Assembly (NCBI RefSeq): GCF_009914755.1
Contig: NC_060927.1
From: the human T2T-CHM13v2.0 reference genome, Homo sapiens
DNA: 64,000 nt
Direction: 5' to 3' (one strand)
How positions within the stretch are numbered: position 1 is the stretch's first letter; each line of letters opens with the position of its first letter. Made by a program: the position numbers and the translations under genes. The notes under the pieces are model-generated. The model was not told the origin of the DNA, did not search any database, and saw nothing but the letters and a program-made list of their open reading frames with translations. Below, piece after piece: positions 13,864-27,589 of this stretch.

Positions 13864-14150
13864 TAAATGATTTCTAATCACTTGTTTGGTTTATACAGTT
13901 TGACTGCTTATTATACTAAGAGGACAAGTCATATAACTAACACAGTTGTCTAAAAAAAATTTTTTTGATTCAGAATTCTAAGCAGTTTACTAACTCAGCT
14001 TATTTCATAGACATGTAATGGCAAAGGTCTGGTTTCTAAAACTACAGCTATTTTTCATGCCTCAGGATGCATGAAACTGTTTTTGTTTCATATAGTCCTT
14101 CTATTTTGTATCTTTTGCAAGTGTTTGACTCATGAGACCTTCTATTATAG

Positions 14151-14274
14151 GATGGGATCCAAGAAAAGAAACTGGAACCTTTATCCAGCTTGCCTACGGG
14201 AGATGAGCCGTGTCTGCACACCTACCACAGGCCGAGCTGTACTACTTACTCAAGACACAAAATGCTTTACCAAG
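14151..14274 (+). CDS. THUMPD3: THUMPD3 coding exon (124 nt)
   Basis: ttatag|G acceptor, AAG|gtgcta donor; MGSKKRNWNLYPACLREMSRVCTPTTGRAVLLTQDTKCFTK. Confidence 0.96.
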
Positions 14275-14462
14275 GTGCTATACACATTAGCTCAAAATCG
14301 CAGCCTGTGGCAACTTTGGGATCTTTTTGAGATTTGGGGATGTTTGTTTGGATAAGATTTGTTTTCTCTTCCCCTGAGGTTTCCTATCTTGGCAGTTAAG
14401 AATCCTAGTTGATGTAAAAGTAGATTGTCAACCTAATTGTTATTTTTTTTGTGTGTACACAG

Positions 14463-14627
14463 GCGTTATCTGGAATGCGACACGTATGGCGAAAGGTGGA
14501 TACAGTCTGGGTGAACGTTGGTGGTCTTCGTGCTGCAGTTTACGTTCTGATACGTACACCTCAAGCTTTTGTTCATCCTTCAGAACAAGACGGAGAAAGA
14601 GGAACTCTTTGGCAATGCAAAGAATGA
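14463..14627 (+). CDS. THUMPD3: THUMPD3 last coding exon, coding part
   Basis: acacag|GCG acceptor; ALSGMRHVWRKVDTVWVNVGGLRAAVYVLIRTPQAFVHPSEQDGERGTLWQCKE, TGA at 14625-14627. Confidence 0.96.
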   Translation, partial: ALSGMRHVWRKVDTVWVNVGGLRAAVYVLIRTPQAFVHPSEQDGERGTLWQCKE

Positions 14628-14802
14628 AGATGACTAATAGTACTTGTACTTCCCACCACTGGAAATGTTAGCATAAAAGAACTTGGAGAGGAAAAAAGTA
14701 TTAACAAAACTGCAGTCTGCACTCTTTAAACCTGTTTAAGGCTCTTCATCCTGGTTAGCAAAAGGTGTGAATGTAATGTGATGGAATTTAAAAGTTTTAT
14801 GA

Positions 14803-15085
14803 GACCAGGCACAGTGGCTCACGACTGTAATTCCAGCAGTTTAGGAAGCCGAAGTGTGCAGATCACCTGAGGTCCGGAGACCAGCCTGGCCAACATGGTG
14901 AAACCCTGTCTCTACTAGAAATACAAAAATTAGCCAGGTGTGGTGGCGGGCGCCTGTAATCCCAACTACTCAGGAGGCTGAGGCTAGAGAATCACTTGAA
15001 CCCAGCAGGCGGAGGTTGCGGTGAGTCGAGATCACGCCATTGCACTCCAGCCTGTGCGACAAGAGCGAAACTCTGTCTCAAAAAG
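14803..15085 (+). mobile_element. Alu (AluS-like) in the THUMPD3 3'UTR
   Basis: Sense Alu dimer about 175 nt after the stop codon. Confidence 0.93.
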
Positions 15086-16704
15086 ATTTTATAAGAAAGC
15101 AGAGCTTTTCCTTGAAGCTCTTTTGAAGTGGTAGCTTAATTAGTATTTTGTTGAAAATACTTTAAAGATGCCTAGTGAAAAGCCTACTAAAGTGCTGTGA
15201 GATTGGGGTTTAGAACATTTTATTTTCAGGCTTTATGGCCTATTTTCCATTGTGTCAAGTGCAAAACTACCCTGGCCCAAAGGAAGGGCAGAGAACATAA
15301 TTACATCTTAGGCCACATTTCATTCTTTGCAGCTTTGCTAATCCAGTTGCTCAAGTTCTTTACCTCAACCTGAAGGAATGAAGCATTATTACATTTTGTG
15401 AATGGTGTTCAGCCTATAAGACGAAGTCTCACAAGACCTATAGGAAAGTTTACCATCTGCCTTAAATATTAAAATATCCATCTGTTATTCACATTAATAC
15501 ACAGAATGAAAATAGAGGTCTAGGAATTATCAAAGGTACTGCAAAAATACTGTATAGAACTTATTTGTAAATAGCACATACATTGATAGATGGGGTGTGG
15601 GACCAACAAACCAAATTAAAAGAAATTGTTTTTCTTTCAGTACACTAAGGTGTGTGTTTTCAAAACCAAACACAAACCTGTCAAGAGTATTTGTTGGCTA
15701 GTTTCTTAAAAGGCCAAGAGAAAAAAAATGATATATCTTTGGAAAACTTTTAATTTGGGAGTTATGTGAGTTGTTACTTTCTCCTGGATCACGATTCACA
15801 TTTAATTGCTTTTCCAGTTGCAACAAGTCCTTCTTGAGAGTTTTGTGGAAAATGGTGCTTCCCTGGAACAAAGAGTAGTTGAGGTTTTTTTGTGGAACTC
15901 ATCATAGTATTGTTTATTTTGGAGCCTCTGGCTGCAATCAGTATAGATTTTCAGTATCCTATTAGTATTATAATAGTACTCCTCTTAATACTTTCTGATG
16001 TCTCCATTGAGAATAAAAGGACACAATACTTTTGAAAGAAGAGTTCACATTAGCAGCACAGCCAGCAATCCTCATCTGGTTTCTCTGATCTCCTACCCCA
16101 CACTTCATAATGAATGGGAAATAAGATGTTTATGAAGGTTTTATATCCTAGACTGGCCTTTTTACCACTATCAGAATTCACAGCTGCTTTGTTTATGGGC
16201 CGAACACAAAACTTTTCACCTGATGGGAGAAACCATTTAAACCTCAAATTAAGCAACCCACAGAACCAGGAAGTTCAAGGACCATGTCTGTTTTCACCAC
16301 GATGTCTTTCCCCACCCCCCCACCCCCCACTCCACCCCCCACTAAGGGCAGGGTATTGTATCTGCCAGACTGGGTATTTGTTGAACAAGCGAGTATTTTC
16401 GCCTATTAGCTTAGTTTTTAAGGAAATCATTTTTTACTTGATTCATCATAGCTTTAATTCTATTACATACTACAATAAAAATTTGACAAGACTGATACAA
16501 ATATGTAGTGGGCAATAGTTTGCCATCTTCTTCCCTAGTATGGTGTTTTTCAATCTGGTGACTAGAATAGGCAGTGGGCTATAAGCAGGATTCATAAGGC
16601 CTGGAGCTGAGTTATATGTGACACTGCCACCTATTCATTGTGTGACCTTGGTTTTAACCTTCAAAGTGGGTCTCCTGGACTAAAAGAATGTGAAAAGATG
16701 GGGA

Positions 16705-16710
16705 AATAAA
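16705..16710 (+). terminator. Candidate distal poly(A) signal AATAAA of THUMPD3
   Basis: gggaAATAAAtctg; further hexamers at 16012 and 16474. Confidence 0.55.
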
Positions 16711-17872
16711 TCTGTAATCTGAACATGGAATGACTTAGTTACAGACCAGACATATTGTTACTGGGAATGAAAAAGTCAATATATTTGAGGGGAAAAAAAT
16801 GTAAATAAATATTGAGAAAGATTTTACAAATCTAATTAGGGGAAGATAGTTATCTCCCAATACTAGAGGGTACCAGAGTGCTTTTAAGGGGAACATTTGG
16901 TTACCCTTATTTCTTTAAAAAATGGCAGTTTAGGAAATTCTGCCCTAACTGTAGTCCCAATGTCAGATAGGACTCAGGTCTCCACTGCAAGGACCAAAAT
17001 GTTAAGTTGAAGACTGAAAATGGGAAAATTTGGAAATGTCTTTGGAACCTCAAGTACATAAAAGCCTGTAAGTGCTTCATACTCATTAACAACATAGGCA
17101 TAGAAAAAAGATATCCTTATTCTCAAGCATAGCCTTTTCTAATAAGTTCATGTTAGATGTCATGAAGTTTAGTGAGGAGTGAAAATCTATGAGGAAAAAC
17201 ATGAACCATTCTACTCTGGCAAAAGTTCAGGACAAACACCATAGGCCTGTATACCAAATTTTAAACCATGTTGAATAATGTGAAAAAAAGCATCACATTG
17301 CTTATGAAAGGCTTTCCTGTCGCCCCTTAATACTTCTGTCTCAGGCTAACATGTTTGTTAATGAGTTACAGTGGTGAAGTTAAGGAAATCTGCTTCCTGT
17401 CCTAGCATGCCCATTATCCCAGCCATACAGATTTAATACCAGGAGTCACTTTAACTCCATGAAGTCATTCAACAGGTACTTGAGTATTTACTATGTGCGT
17501 TTGTGCTAGAGTAGCCATTTCTTAAACTTTGTGGCCTCAGAGAATCCCTTCACATTCTTAAAGATTGAGGGCCCCAAATCACTTTACTAGTATCTTACCA
17601 TATTAGAAAGTAAAATATTTAAATATTATAGCAACAAATGCATATTTTTAAAAAAATAGGTGCATTGTTTTACATTTTGGCAATTGTTTCCCTAAATGTC
17701 TGACTTAAATAGAAGACAACTGAATTGTTTCTTTTGCATTCAATTGGTTACAATGTTACTAGCAGTTTTCTATAATCTCACGTATTAGTCATTAGGAAAA
17801 TATAGCTTCACTGAGTTATGTCAATCTCCCAAATGTTGGCCCATTTTACTGTATACTACCTAAAATATCATT

Positions 17873-18123
17873 GGCCGGGCACAGTGGCTTAAACCTGTAA
17901 TCCTAGCACTTTGGGAGGCCAAGGTGGATCACCTGAGGTCAGGAGTTCAAGACCACCCTGGCCAACATGGTGAAACCCCATCTCTACTAAAAATACCAAA
18001 ATTAGCCGGGTACAGTGGTACACACCTGTAGTCCCAGTTATGCAGGAGGCTGAGGCAGGAGAATTGCTTGAACCCAGGAGACAGAGGTTGCAGTCAGCCA
18101 GATGTCCCAAAAAAAAAAAAAAA
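17873..18123 (+). mobile_element. Alu (AluSx-like) with 3' deletion in the right arm
   Basis: ggccgggcacagtggct...gcagtcagccagatgtcccAAAA. Confidence 0.9.
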
Positions 18124-18732
18124 TTATTTTCAATATCACTATCTCATGAAGTATTGGGAAGCTGTCAAGTTCCTGATATTAGACACAAGTTTTCCCGAAA
18201 TTCTGATTTTGACCCAACGTTTGGATTTTATCATTGAAAACAATTGCTGTCAGTTGTTAGGCTCCAAGGAAATAGCAGATAATTCAGCTTACATGAGTGC
18301 TTTTTCTTGAGACAACCATTTCAAAAAGTTATGTACTGTAGGGTTTAAGATTTAACAAAATGTCACTGCTTTCACAAGGACATTCTTGAGTGAAACTGGT
18401 TTTTTTCTTTTGTGGGGGTTCACACCACAAATGCATGGCAGTGAAAAATAACTTAGAGTTTGATGCCACTGCCACAGTTTGTGCCAAGGTGCCTGAAATT
18501 TTACTTTTACCTACTGTTGCCTTATCACCACTCTTATGTCAACATATAGTTTAGCATAAACCATGAGATTTTAAAAAGTTATTCTACACTTGCATTATTT
18601 CAGGACATGTGTTTGTTGCCAAGCTTTCACGTAAGAGTATCTTTAACTAGTTGGTGCTGATGCCTGGCAAATACAAGCCAAGTAACAAGTCCAGCCATGT
18701 TTATGCACGCATCCATTGATAACGTATTAGCA

Positions 18733-19052
18733 CAGTCAGCCCTCCATATCCTCAGGTTCTGCATCTGCAGATTCAACCAAATGTGCTTGAAAATATTTGA
18801 GAATATTTAATACAATAGTACAAATATAAGTACACAATGTAACAACTATTTACATAGCATTCACATTGTATGAAGTATAAGAAATCTGGAAATGATTTAA
18901 AGTATATGGGAGGATGTGTGTAAGTTGTATGCAGATACAGCGCCATTTTATAAAAGGGAATTCAACATCCTTGGGTTTTGGTGTCCTTGGCAAATGGCCA
19001 GCAAGGGTGGGGGAGTGGTGTCCAGAAACCAATCCCAAAGCAAGGGACAAAT
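18733..19052. mobile_element. MER2/MER2B-type MITE
   Basis: cagtcagccctccatatcc..gattcaaccaa..tatttacatagcattcacattgtat..ggaggatgtgtgt..ccattttata. Confidence 0.75.
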
Positions 19053-19453
19053 ATATACTTCTACAGATGAGATATTAACTCAGAATCCATGTCTGCACAC
19101 ACATCTTTAATGACAAGTTGCTGTATCACTCAACAGCGGCACTACTATGATCTTTTACTTACACTTCAGCCAGCAGAGACATTCAGCAGTGTGAGATTTT
19201 TTAAGTTTTTCAGCTATTGTGTATGTTTCTAGTGTATAATAAAGTAACTTATCCTTTAAGATAGTTAAGTAGCTTTTCATTTCTAGCTTTAAAACCTGTT
19301 TTTTTTTTTTTCCCAGTAGTGGCATACCTGCATTAAAAAATAATGCCTTACCAAAAAAAGCACTCTGAATGATTGGTTTCAAAATGATGCCACAACATAG
19401 GTGGCACCAACACTATTCAAGATCATTCCATTCCCATCTCTAAAAAAATTTTT

Positions 19454-19746
19454 GGCTGGGTATGGTGGCTCACGCCTATTAACTCAACATTTTGAGAGGC
19501 CCAAAGCAAGATCACTCAGGGCTAGGAGTTGAAGACTAGCCTGAGCAACATGGCAAGATCCTGTCTCAAAATTCTTTTTAAAATTTTTTTAAAAGCCCAG
19601 GCTTGGTGGCGCATGCCTATAGTTCCAGCTACTCAGGAGGCTGAGGCAGAAGGATCTCTTGAACCCAGGAGTTTCAGGCTGTAGTTCACTATGATGGCAG
19701 CTGTGAATAGCCTGGGCAACACAGCAAGACCTCATCTCCAAAAAAA
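19454..19746 (+). mobile_element. FLAM followed by FAM-like monomer
   Basis: Left-monomer unit to about 19570; the second unit has FAM/7SL-type ggctgtagttcactatgat..ctgtgaatagcc. Confidence 0.7.
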
Positions 19747-20814
19747 GACAAAAGAACTAAATTATTCTACTGCAGAACATGATTAGGTAAATATCTCCAA
19801 AGCAGAAAGACAGGTTTCATATTTTCGTTAGTTTGAGTCAGTCCTTCCAAATCAAATCTTGTTTTTTATTAGTATACAGATGGTATAGCCAGTAAGTAAA
19901 TGAGAAGCAGTCTTTTTAAGCCGATCCATTCTTAAATGAAAAAATATATAAATATTTTAGAATAAATTTATTAAATTCTAAAGTTGTAGAATTTTTAAAT
20001 TTGGATATTTTGGGAAAATATTTAAACCACTATTGCAAACAAAACAACAAAATGTACTTATGTTTATACTTAGGCACAAAGAAAACTACAGTATTTTAAA
20101 GTAACCATTACACAATATTGAGGTTGCAAAGATTACTGAAGGCATAACCTAAAAAATGAGTTGATTTCTAAAAATGGGAAAAAGGAAAAAAATAATTTCT
20201 AAAAACAAGTATGCATACCTAAACCTACCTAATGACACCTTAGAAAATTCAAGTATAGCACCATTCATTAACATCAATGAGGATGTCATCACACATCATG
20301 TAGCCTCTGCACACCGTGAGAATAAATGAAAAAGACAGGCATCTTGCTATCATGACAATAGTTTTGACCTCGCAGACCTCTCTGTGCTTACGCAACGGAT
20401 AAAGCCATAAGAACTGTCCTGCCCTCAAGGAGCAACCTAAAGTAGGAAAAAAAAAACAAAATTACACAATTATTATTTACAATTGTGAGAAGAGCTCTTG
20501 ACAACATTCAAATGGAGGATACAGTGTAGTAAGGGTGAGGGTATCAAGGCTTCCTTGAGAAGTGATGTTTTGAGGCCATTCTTTCTTCTCAATAACTGGT
20601 ATTTGGTTCCTGAATCCTTTAACTTCCTTACCATTGTCACTCCTAAGCCAAATCTCATTACGTCATGTCTAGACTACTGTTAAGAGAACCACTTAAGTGG
20701 TCTCTGCAGCCCTCAATTTATTGGTGTTATCTATGGGAAAATTGCTCAAACTCTAAGCCTTAGTTTCCTACCCTATAAAATGGGGTTTTATATACAAGGA
20801 ACATACTAAATACA

Positions 20815-21775
<961 letters not shown>

Positions 21776-23540
21776 CAAAAAGCATTCAATAACTATTACT
21801 TCATTTCTTCTACCTATGTTTCCATTAGCTTTTGCCTATAGTACGCACTAGAGTATGTTACCATTATTTGTTATAAGTAGTACCTCATTATTACACTATT
21901 CGTAAGCAATACCTCAAGGTCTAAGATTAGATTTTAAATCAAGGTCAGTAAAAATAGAAAAGGCTGTGAAGACTGTTGACTGACTTTACCAGAATCCATA
22001 CACTAGAGGTGAGATTAGTTAGGTGATGAAATAACCATTCTATAAACATGATCTGAAACTCTGTTACTGTTGTCAGCAGGAAAAGCCAATGTTACATATG
22101 TTTAAAAAAGAAAAAAAAAACCCAAAACCAGAAAACAAAAGGTGACAAAGTATCAAGACAAAAGGTCACTGATGACTGATCTCTAGGAAAAGCTGGAAAG
22201 CAGGATTATTAAATGTAACCACGACTAAGATAAAAATCAGAGACAGAAAAGTCTTTGTCACCAAGAAGATATACTCCATGAGAGAGCAGAAACAATTCAT
22301 CAGGTTTAACCCTGCTCTAGATAAAATAAAACTATCTGATTCAATACTCACACTTCTCTAATAATCCAATACATTATCCCATCTCAAGAAGAGAGAGTCA
22401 CAGATAAGAAAAAAAAGGCTTCTTGAGAAGTATGTGCTCTAATATAAACTAATATGCCACTAAGAAAGCAACCTGCAAAGTCCAGTACCAGACTTCTGGA
22501 TTTGTGACCTAACAAGGTGCTCTACAATTAACCTAACAGTCAAACCAGAGTGTTGTAAAAGAGAATTATATAATTATGCCAAACCTCCACTCACAAAAAA
22601 TATATGGAAGTAACCTAAGTTTACATTTTGCAAATCTCACACACACACTAGCCCTGACAAAAGTTTCACCAGCTTTCTCATCCAAGTACAAGCGTGTAAT
22701 ATACTTAATAAATTTGTCTTATAAGGGTAAGAAATAGTATGTAACTACTTGAAAAGGAGATAGGTAGCTGGTTAATTTAAACAAAAAGCCCAAGGAAGTA
22801 AGGTGCAGGAAAAGGATAACTGCAATGATTAGTACAGGAAACCCAAAGAAGAACTGAATGGTGGGATAGATGTACTCAGAGACCATGAGGCATCAGTTTC
22901 CTCTATGAATAGAATATTAGGAGATGTAGGTTAAATGGGACCCTGAAGTCTCTCCCAAAAAGCCTTGTTTATATGTTTTCTGAGCTTAACTATTACTTGA
23001 GAATCAATTTCACGTATAAACCAACAAAACTAACATTTATTGAGCTTCCAGCTCTGTGCTTAGGCACTGAAAAATCACTTTCCTTAAGGATTGCAATTAA
23101 GCAGGAGAAACACAAATAAGGTGAACTTCTCTTGTTCGAAAGAATATATTTCAACATTCCTTTTAAAAGGAAAACCTGACCTGCAAGTTTCCAAAAATAT
23201 TAATTACTATTCCTCTTTGCCTCTCAAAATTCCCATTCTGTTATTTTTTAGGAGGAGGAAAAAACAGTTCATTTGAGGAAAAATTGAGGGTCACATACTA
23301 TACAATTGAGAAGAGTTTCTCTGAAACTGTAATCATTTTTGGCAGGTAAATAGGCATATCCGAGTCAGCAAATGAACTTGAAGATACTGAGTTATACTGC
23401 CTGCCCTGTGGGGTTCCACCTTCCCCAAAAGAATTCAGAATTTTTGGGTGATCTGAGAATCTACATTAAGACAACTGTCTCCACACACAGGAGGTCTGAA
23501 GATCGCTGACATAAGGGTCTTTTTAAAAAGTATATTTAAT

Positions 23541-23833
23541 GGCCTAGGGCGGTGGCTCACACCTGTAATCCCAGGACTTTGGGAAGCTTAGGGCAGGAAG
23601 ATCACTTGAGCCCAGGAGTTCTAACCTGTGCAGCACAGCAAAAACCCATCTCTACAAAAAAAAAAACACAAAAAAATTAGCTGGGCATGGAAGCGTGTGC
23701 CTGTAGTTCCAGCTACTCAGGAGGCTGAGGCAGGAGGATCACTTGAGCCCAGGAAGTCAAGGCTGCGTGAGCCATGATCATGCCATTGCAATCCAGTATG
23801 TGACACTAAGACTCCGTCTCAAAAAAAAAAAAA
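23541..23833 (+). mobile_element. Alu (AluJ-like)
   Basis: Sense Alu dimer with A-tail. Confidence 0.9.
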
Positions 23834-24997
23834 GATAATTAAAATGTGTAAGATACTGTATTAGCAATATAAAAAGCATTTGGTGTTAAAATGTTGGTAT
23901 TATAATTCCTCAGGATAAAACTTACTTTGTGATTGTTTTCTATAACTCAAGATATGATGCTTAGAGCTCCTCCAATCAAGTGTTTCCAGGAAGTGAAAAC
24001 TTGTAGGACAGAAATTTAGGCTGGGTTCATTTGTATCACACAGACCTATTCTTCATTCAAGTTCTGATATATTTAACTATGTAGCTCCTGTAACAGTTTA
24101 ATGGAATCTCACCTCCCTAAAATTCATTATGCATTTTTTTTTGAAATCCAAACTCATTAACGCTTGCTTTCACTGTTGTCCAAGGCAGGCACATCTTTAA
24201 AAATGGTTTGTTGGACTTAGCTTTCAGCTAAATATATAATAAATAAAACAAAACAAGCAGTTAAATGAAATGTAATGGGCCAGAGAGCTTCAGCTTTTAT
24301 TTCCTTACTGCTCAGTAAAAAGAGAAAACCATCAATGTCCACGTATTCTGTAATCCACAGAACAAGTCCGGGGCTACAGCTACACTGTCCACAGTTGCAA
24401 TTCAAATTAGATAAAAAATAAAAATTCAGTTCTTTAGTCATACCAGCCACTTTTCCAATGCTCAAGATTAATAAAATGTCAAACCATAAAGACATTTACA
24501 TGTCGCTCACTCCATTTACTTAAAGTTGGCTAGACATCAGAGTATACTAGGAGCTCAGGAGTACAAGACACTATTCCTTCAAAAAGCTCAGAATAGTTAA
24601 GGTAATTTAAATCAGCAATGACAACAACCCCAGAATTACTATGACCCACGCAGTACAAACTGCTCAGGAGTCAGAAGAAAACTGCTTTTTTAAAAGGGCA
24701 GTTTGGGTCATAGAACAACAGACCACGGAAGGCATGACCAAAGGGGAGATGACATTTGAATCTGCAGGATTAAAAGCAGCAAGGGTAGCATTCCAAAAAG
24801 AACCACCCCACAAAGATATATGACGTCTCTATGATTTGGGTAACTGCAATTCATTCCATGTGACTTCAGGAGAGAGGTCATATTTGTGTGTGTAGTATGT
24901 GGAAAATAGTGAAAAATGAAAAAGCTGTTAAATTGAGGAAAGTCTATCCAGGGACCTTATGCATCACATTCACGAGAACAGAATTCATCCTGTAAAC

Positions 24998-25219
24998 CAG
25001 GGGTGTCCAATCTTTCGGCTTCCCTGGGCCACACTGCAAGAACTGTCTTGGGCCACATATAAAGGACAGCTGATGAGCAAAAAAAAAAAACAGACAACAA
25101 CAACAAAAAAAACACCCCGCAAAAAAAACTCCTAAAACTTTAAGAAAGTTTACGAATTTGTGTTGGGTCGCATTCAAAGCTGTCCTGGGTCCCATGCGGC
25201 CCGCGGGTTAGACAACTTG
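24998..25219 (+). mobile_element. MER30 (hAT-Charlie)
   Basis: caggggtgtccaatcttt..ttagacaacttg with perfect 8-bp TSD CTGTAAAC at 24990-24997 and 25220-25227. Confidence 0.9.
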
Positions 25220-27361
25220 CTGTAAACAGTACAAGCCAGTAATGGAGTTTCATCTGTCATTTTCATGCTCTATCTTCCTTTAGGACAATCATCCTAACAA
25301 GATGTAAGATGGATCAAAAGATAACACTAAAGACAGAGACAGCAATTTGGAAGCTATCACACAGGCATCTGAGATCAGTTACTAACTGGTAAGAACAGAA
25401 ATGAGAGGTATTTAGAGGAAGAAAAAGGGAGATGTTGCCTAACCTCAGATCCAATTCTCTGTAAAGCAGTAGTCAAGATCACCTGGACTGTGAAGACGGT
25501 CAGGGACAGAATCCCAGCTAAGGAAAAAGGATAAAATGAAAATCAAGATAAACATTTAAGAACGTGAACTAGGGAGGAATAAAAGCACTGCTGGGTAAGA
25601 GTCAAGCCCCAGCTCAAGCCTTAATTTGTGGTGGAACCAATCTGTCTGGTTTCGCGAGACACCAGGCTACCCAAGATCAAGAGAGGGAGAAAGCTAGTGC
25701 TATGTCTGAATACTAGAGGAGCAAGTACAACAAATGGAAAATGGGATCAAGTATGAGTGAGAGTTGCTAAGATGCCTGGTAGGGATGCAAAGGGGTAGAG
25801 AGCCTGGGGAGAGAGGGTGAGGGAGGGAAGCACTGGTTTCTCAAGCAAAAGCTAAAATTTTTCTATTAAGATTTAACCTGATGCTACACTTTGGTGGTGC
25901 AGCAAGGGTCTCAAATGGTATAAAACTCAGGTGATCATGCTTTATGTCTGTCTCTAGAAAAATGCTCCAAAAATGATAAGTAGTGATAATCCGCAGTCTC
26001 GTTGCATAAAATCAGCCCCAGGTGAATGACTAAGCTCCATTTCCCTACCCCACCCTTATTACAATAACCTCGACACCAACTCTAGTCCGTGGGAAGATAA
26101 ACTAATCGGAGTCGCCCCTCAAATCTTACAGCTGCTCACTCCCCTGCAGGGCAACGCCCAGGGACCAAGTTAGCCCCTTAAGCCTAGGCAAAAGAATCCC
26201 GCCCATAATCGAGAAGCGACTCGACATGGAGGCGATGACGAGATCACGCGAGGAGGAAAGGAGGGAGGGCTTCTTCCAGGCCCAGGGCGGTCCTTACAAG
26301 ACGGGAGGCAGCAAAGAACTCCCATAAAGGTATTGCGGCACTCCCCTCCCCCTGCCCAGAAGGGTGCGGCCTTCTCTCCACCTCCTCCACCGCAGCTCCC
26401 TCAGGATTGCAGCTCGCGCCGGTTTTTGGAGAACAAGCGCCTCCCACCCACAAACCAGCCGGACCGACCCCCGCTCCTCCCCCACCCCCACGAGTGCCTG
26501 TAGCAGGTCGGGCTTGTCTCGCCCTTCAGGCGGTGGGAACCCGGGGCGGAGCCGCGGCCGCCGCCATCCAGAAGTCTCGGCCGGCAGCCCGCCCCCGCCT
26601 CCAGCGCGCGCTTCCTGCCACGTTGCGCAGGGGCGCGGGGCCAGACACTGCGGCGCTCGGCCTCGGGGAGGACCGTACCAACGCCCGCCTCCCCGCCACC
26701 CCCGCGCCCCGCGCAGTGGTTTCGCTCATGTGAGACTCGAGCCAGTAGCAAGGGCCCGGTCCCACAGCTTCGACAGCCAATCAGGTGTCGAAGACAAGCA
26801 GGCGGCGGGTAAACCGACTCCCCCGAAGGAAGGGGAGGGTGGGAGGACGCCCGCGCCAGAGCCAATTTCACTGACCCTCCCCTCCCGCCGCAGGAGGCCG
26901 GCCGCGCCCGCACACCCAGCATCTCTACACCCCACCTACCTACCCGCCCCACCCAGGGGGCAACGCGAGAGTCGCTAAGCGGCTGCGTACTCCCGACGGT
27001 GTAACTGACAGGAGCTTTACTCCAACCAGAATACGCCATTTGTGTTTTCACACACGGCGGGAGGAGAAACGGCCAATCGGCGACAAGAGGCTAGCCGGAA
27101 GCGCTCCTCCCTCTGCGAGAGCAATGGCTCCGTCCGGTTTCGAGCATTTTCCGCTCCCTTCTCCCTCCCCCTCCGGTTGCCGCAGGGCGGGCCTCCCTCC
27201 CGCCTGCATCCAGCCACCCCTTTCCCTCCCAACGTAACAAACATTATGTTCCCGACTTCCCACGGGAAAGGCAACCCCCGCAAGCCACCAGACGGCCCCC
27301 CTAGCCACCCATCCCCCCAGTGCACCGCACCTCCCCTCCCACCAGAGTTCCGCTCCCCTAC

Positions 27362-27430
27362 CTAGCCGAGGCTCTCTGAGGAGCCGGAGCGCCGAAGCAC
27401 AGCCTCTTCTCTAGGCGGCCCCGGCGGCTT
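27362..27430 (-). ncRNA. THUMPD3-AS1: THUMPD3-AS1 (SETD5-AS1; human ROSA26) first exon, TSS approximate
   Basis: - strand reads GAAGAGGCTGTGCTTCGG..CTCAGAGAGCCTCGGCTAG|GTAGGGG, matching my recollection of mouse ROSA26 exon 1 and its donor. Confidence 0.8.
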
Positions 27431-27549
27431 CCGCTGATTGGCGGCGAGTGGGCCAATGGGTGCGGGGCGGTGGGCGGAGAGGCCAATGGCGCGGCGGGAG
27501 GGGGCGTGTCCCGGGTGCCCCTGGCGCCGGCGCTGGGAATCCCCGTGCG

Positions 27550-27589
27550 GTCAGTGGCGTTTCCGCTCGGGCAGCGGGCTGAGTGAGCT

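Larger units (their letters stand above)
14628..16730 (+). other. THUMPD3: THUMPD3 3'UTR (end approximate)
   Basis: Follows the stop codon; contains a sense Alu and AATAAA at 16012, 16474 and 16705. Confidence 0.7.
17511..19430 (-). mobile_element. Charlie1 (hAT) DNA transposon fossil interrupted by Alu and MER2-type insertions
   Basis: Charlie1-type end (ttcttaaactttgtggcctcag..attgagggccccaaa); on the - strand KWLSQEKAL (18295-18321) and LVPPMLWHHFETNHSE (19363-19410) resemble Buster/ZBED transposase motifs. Confidence 0.7.
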
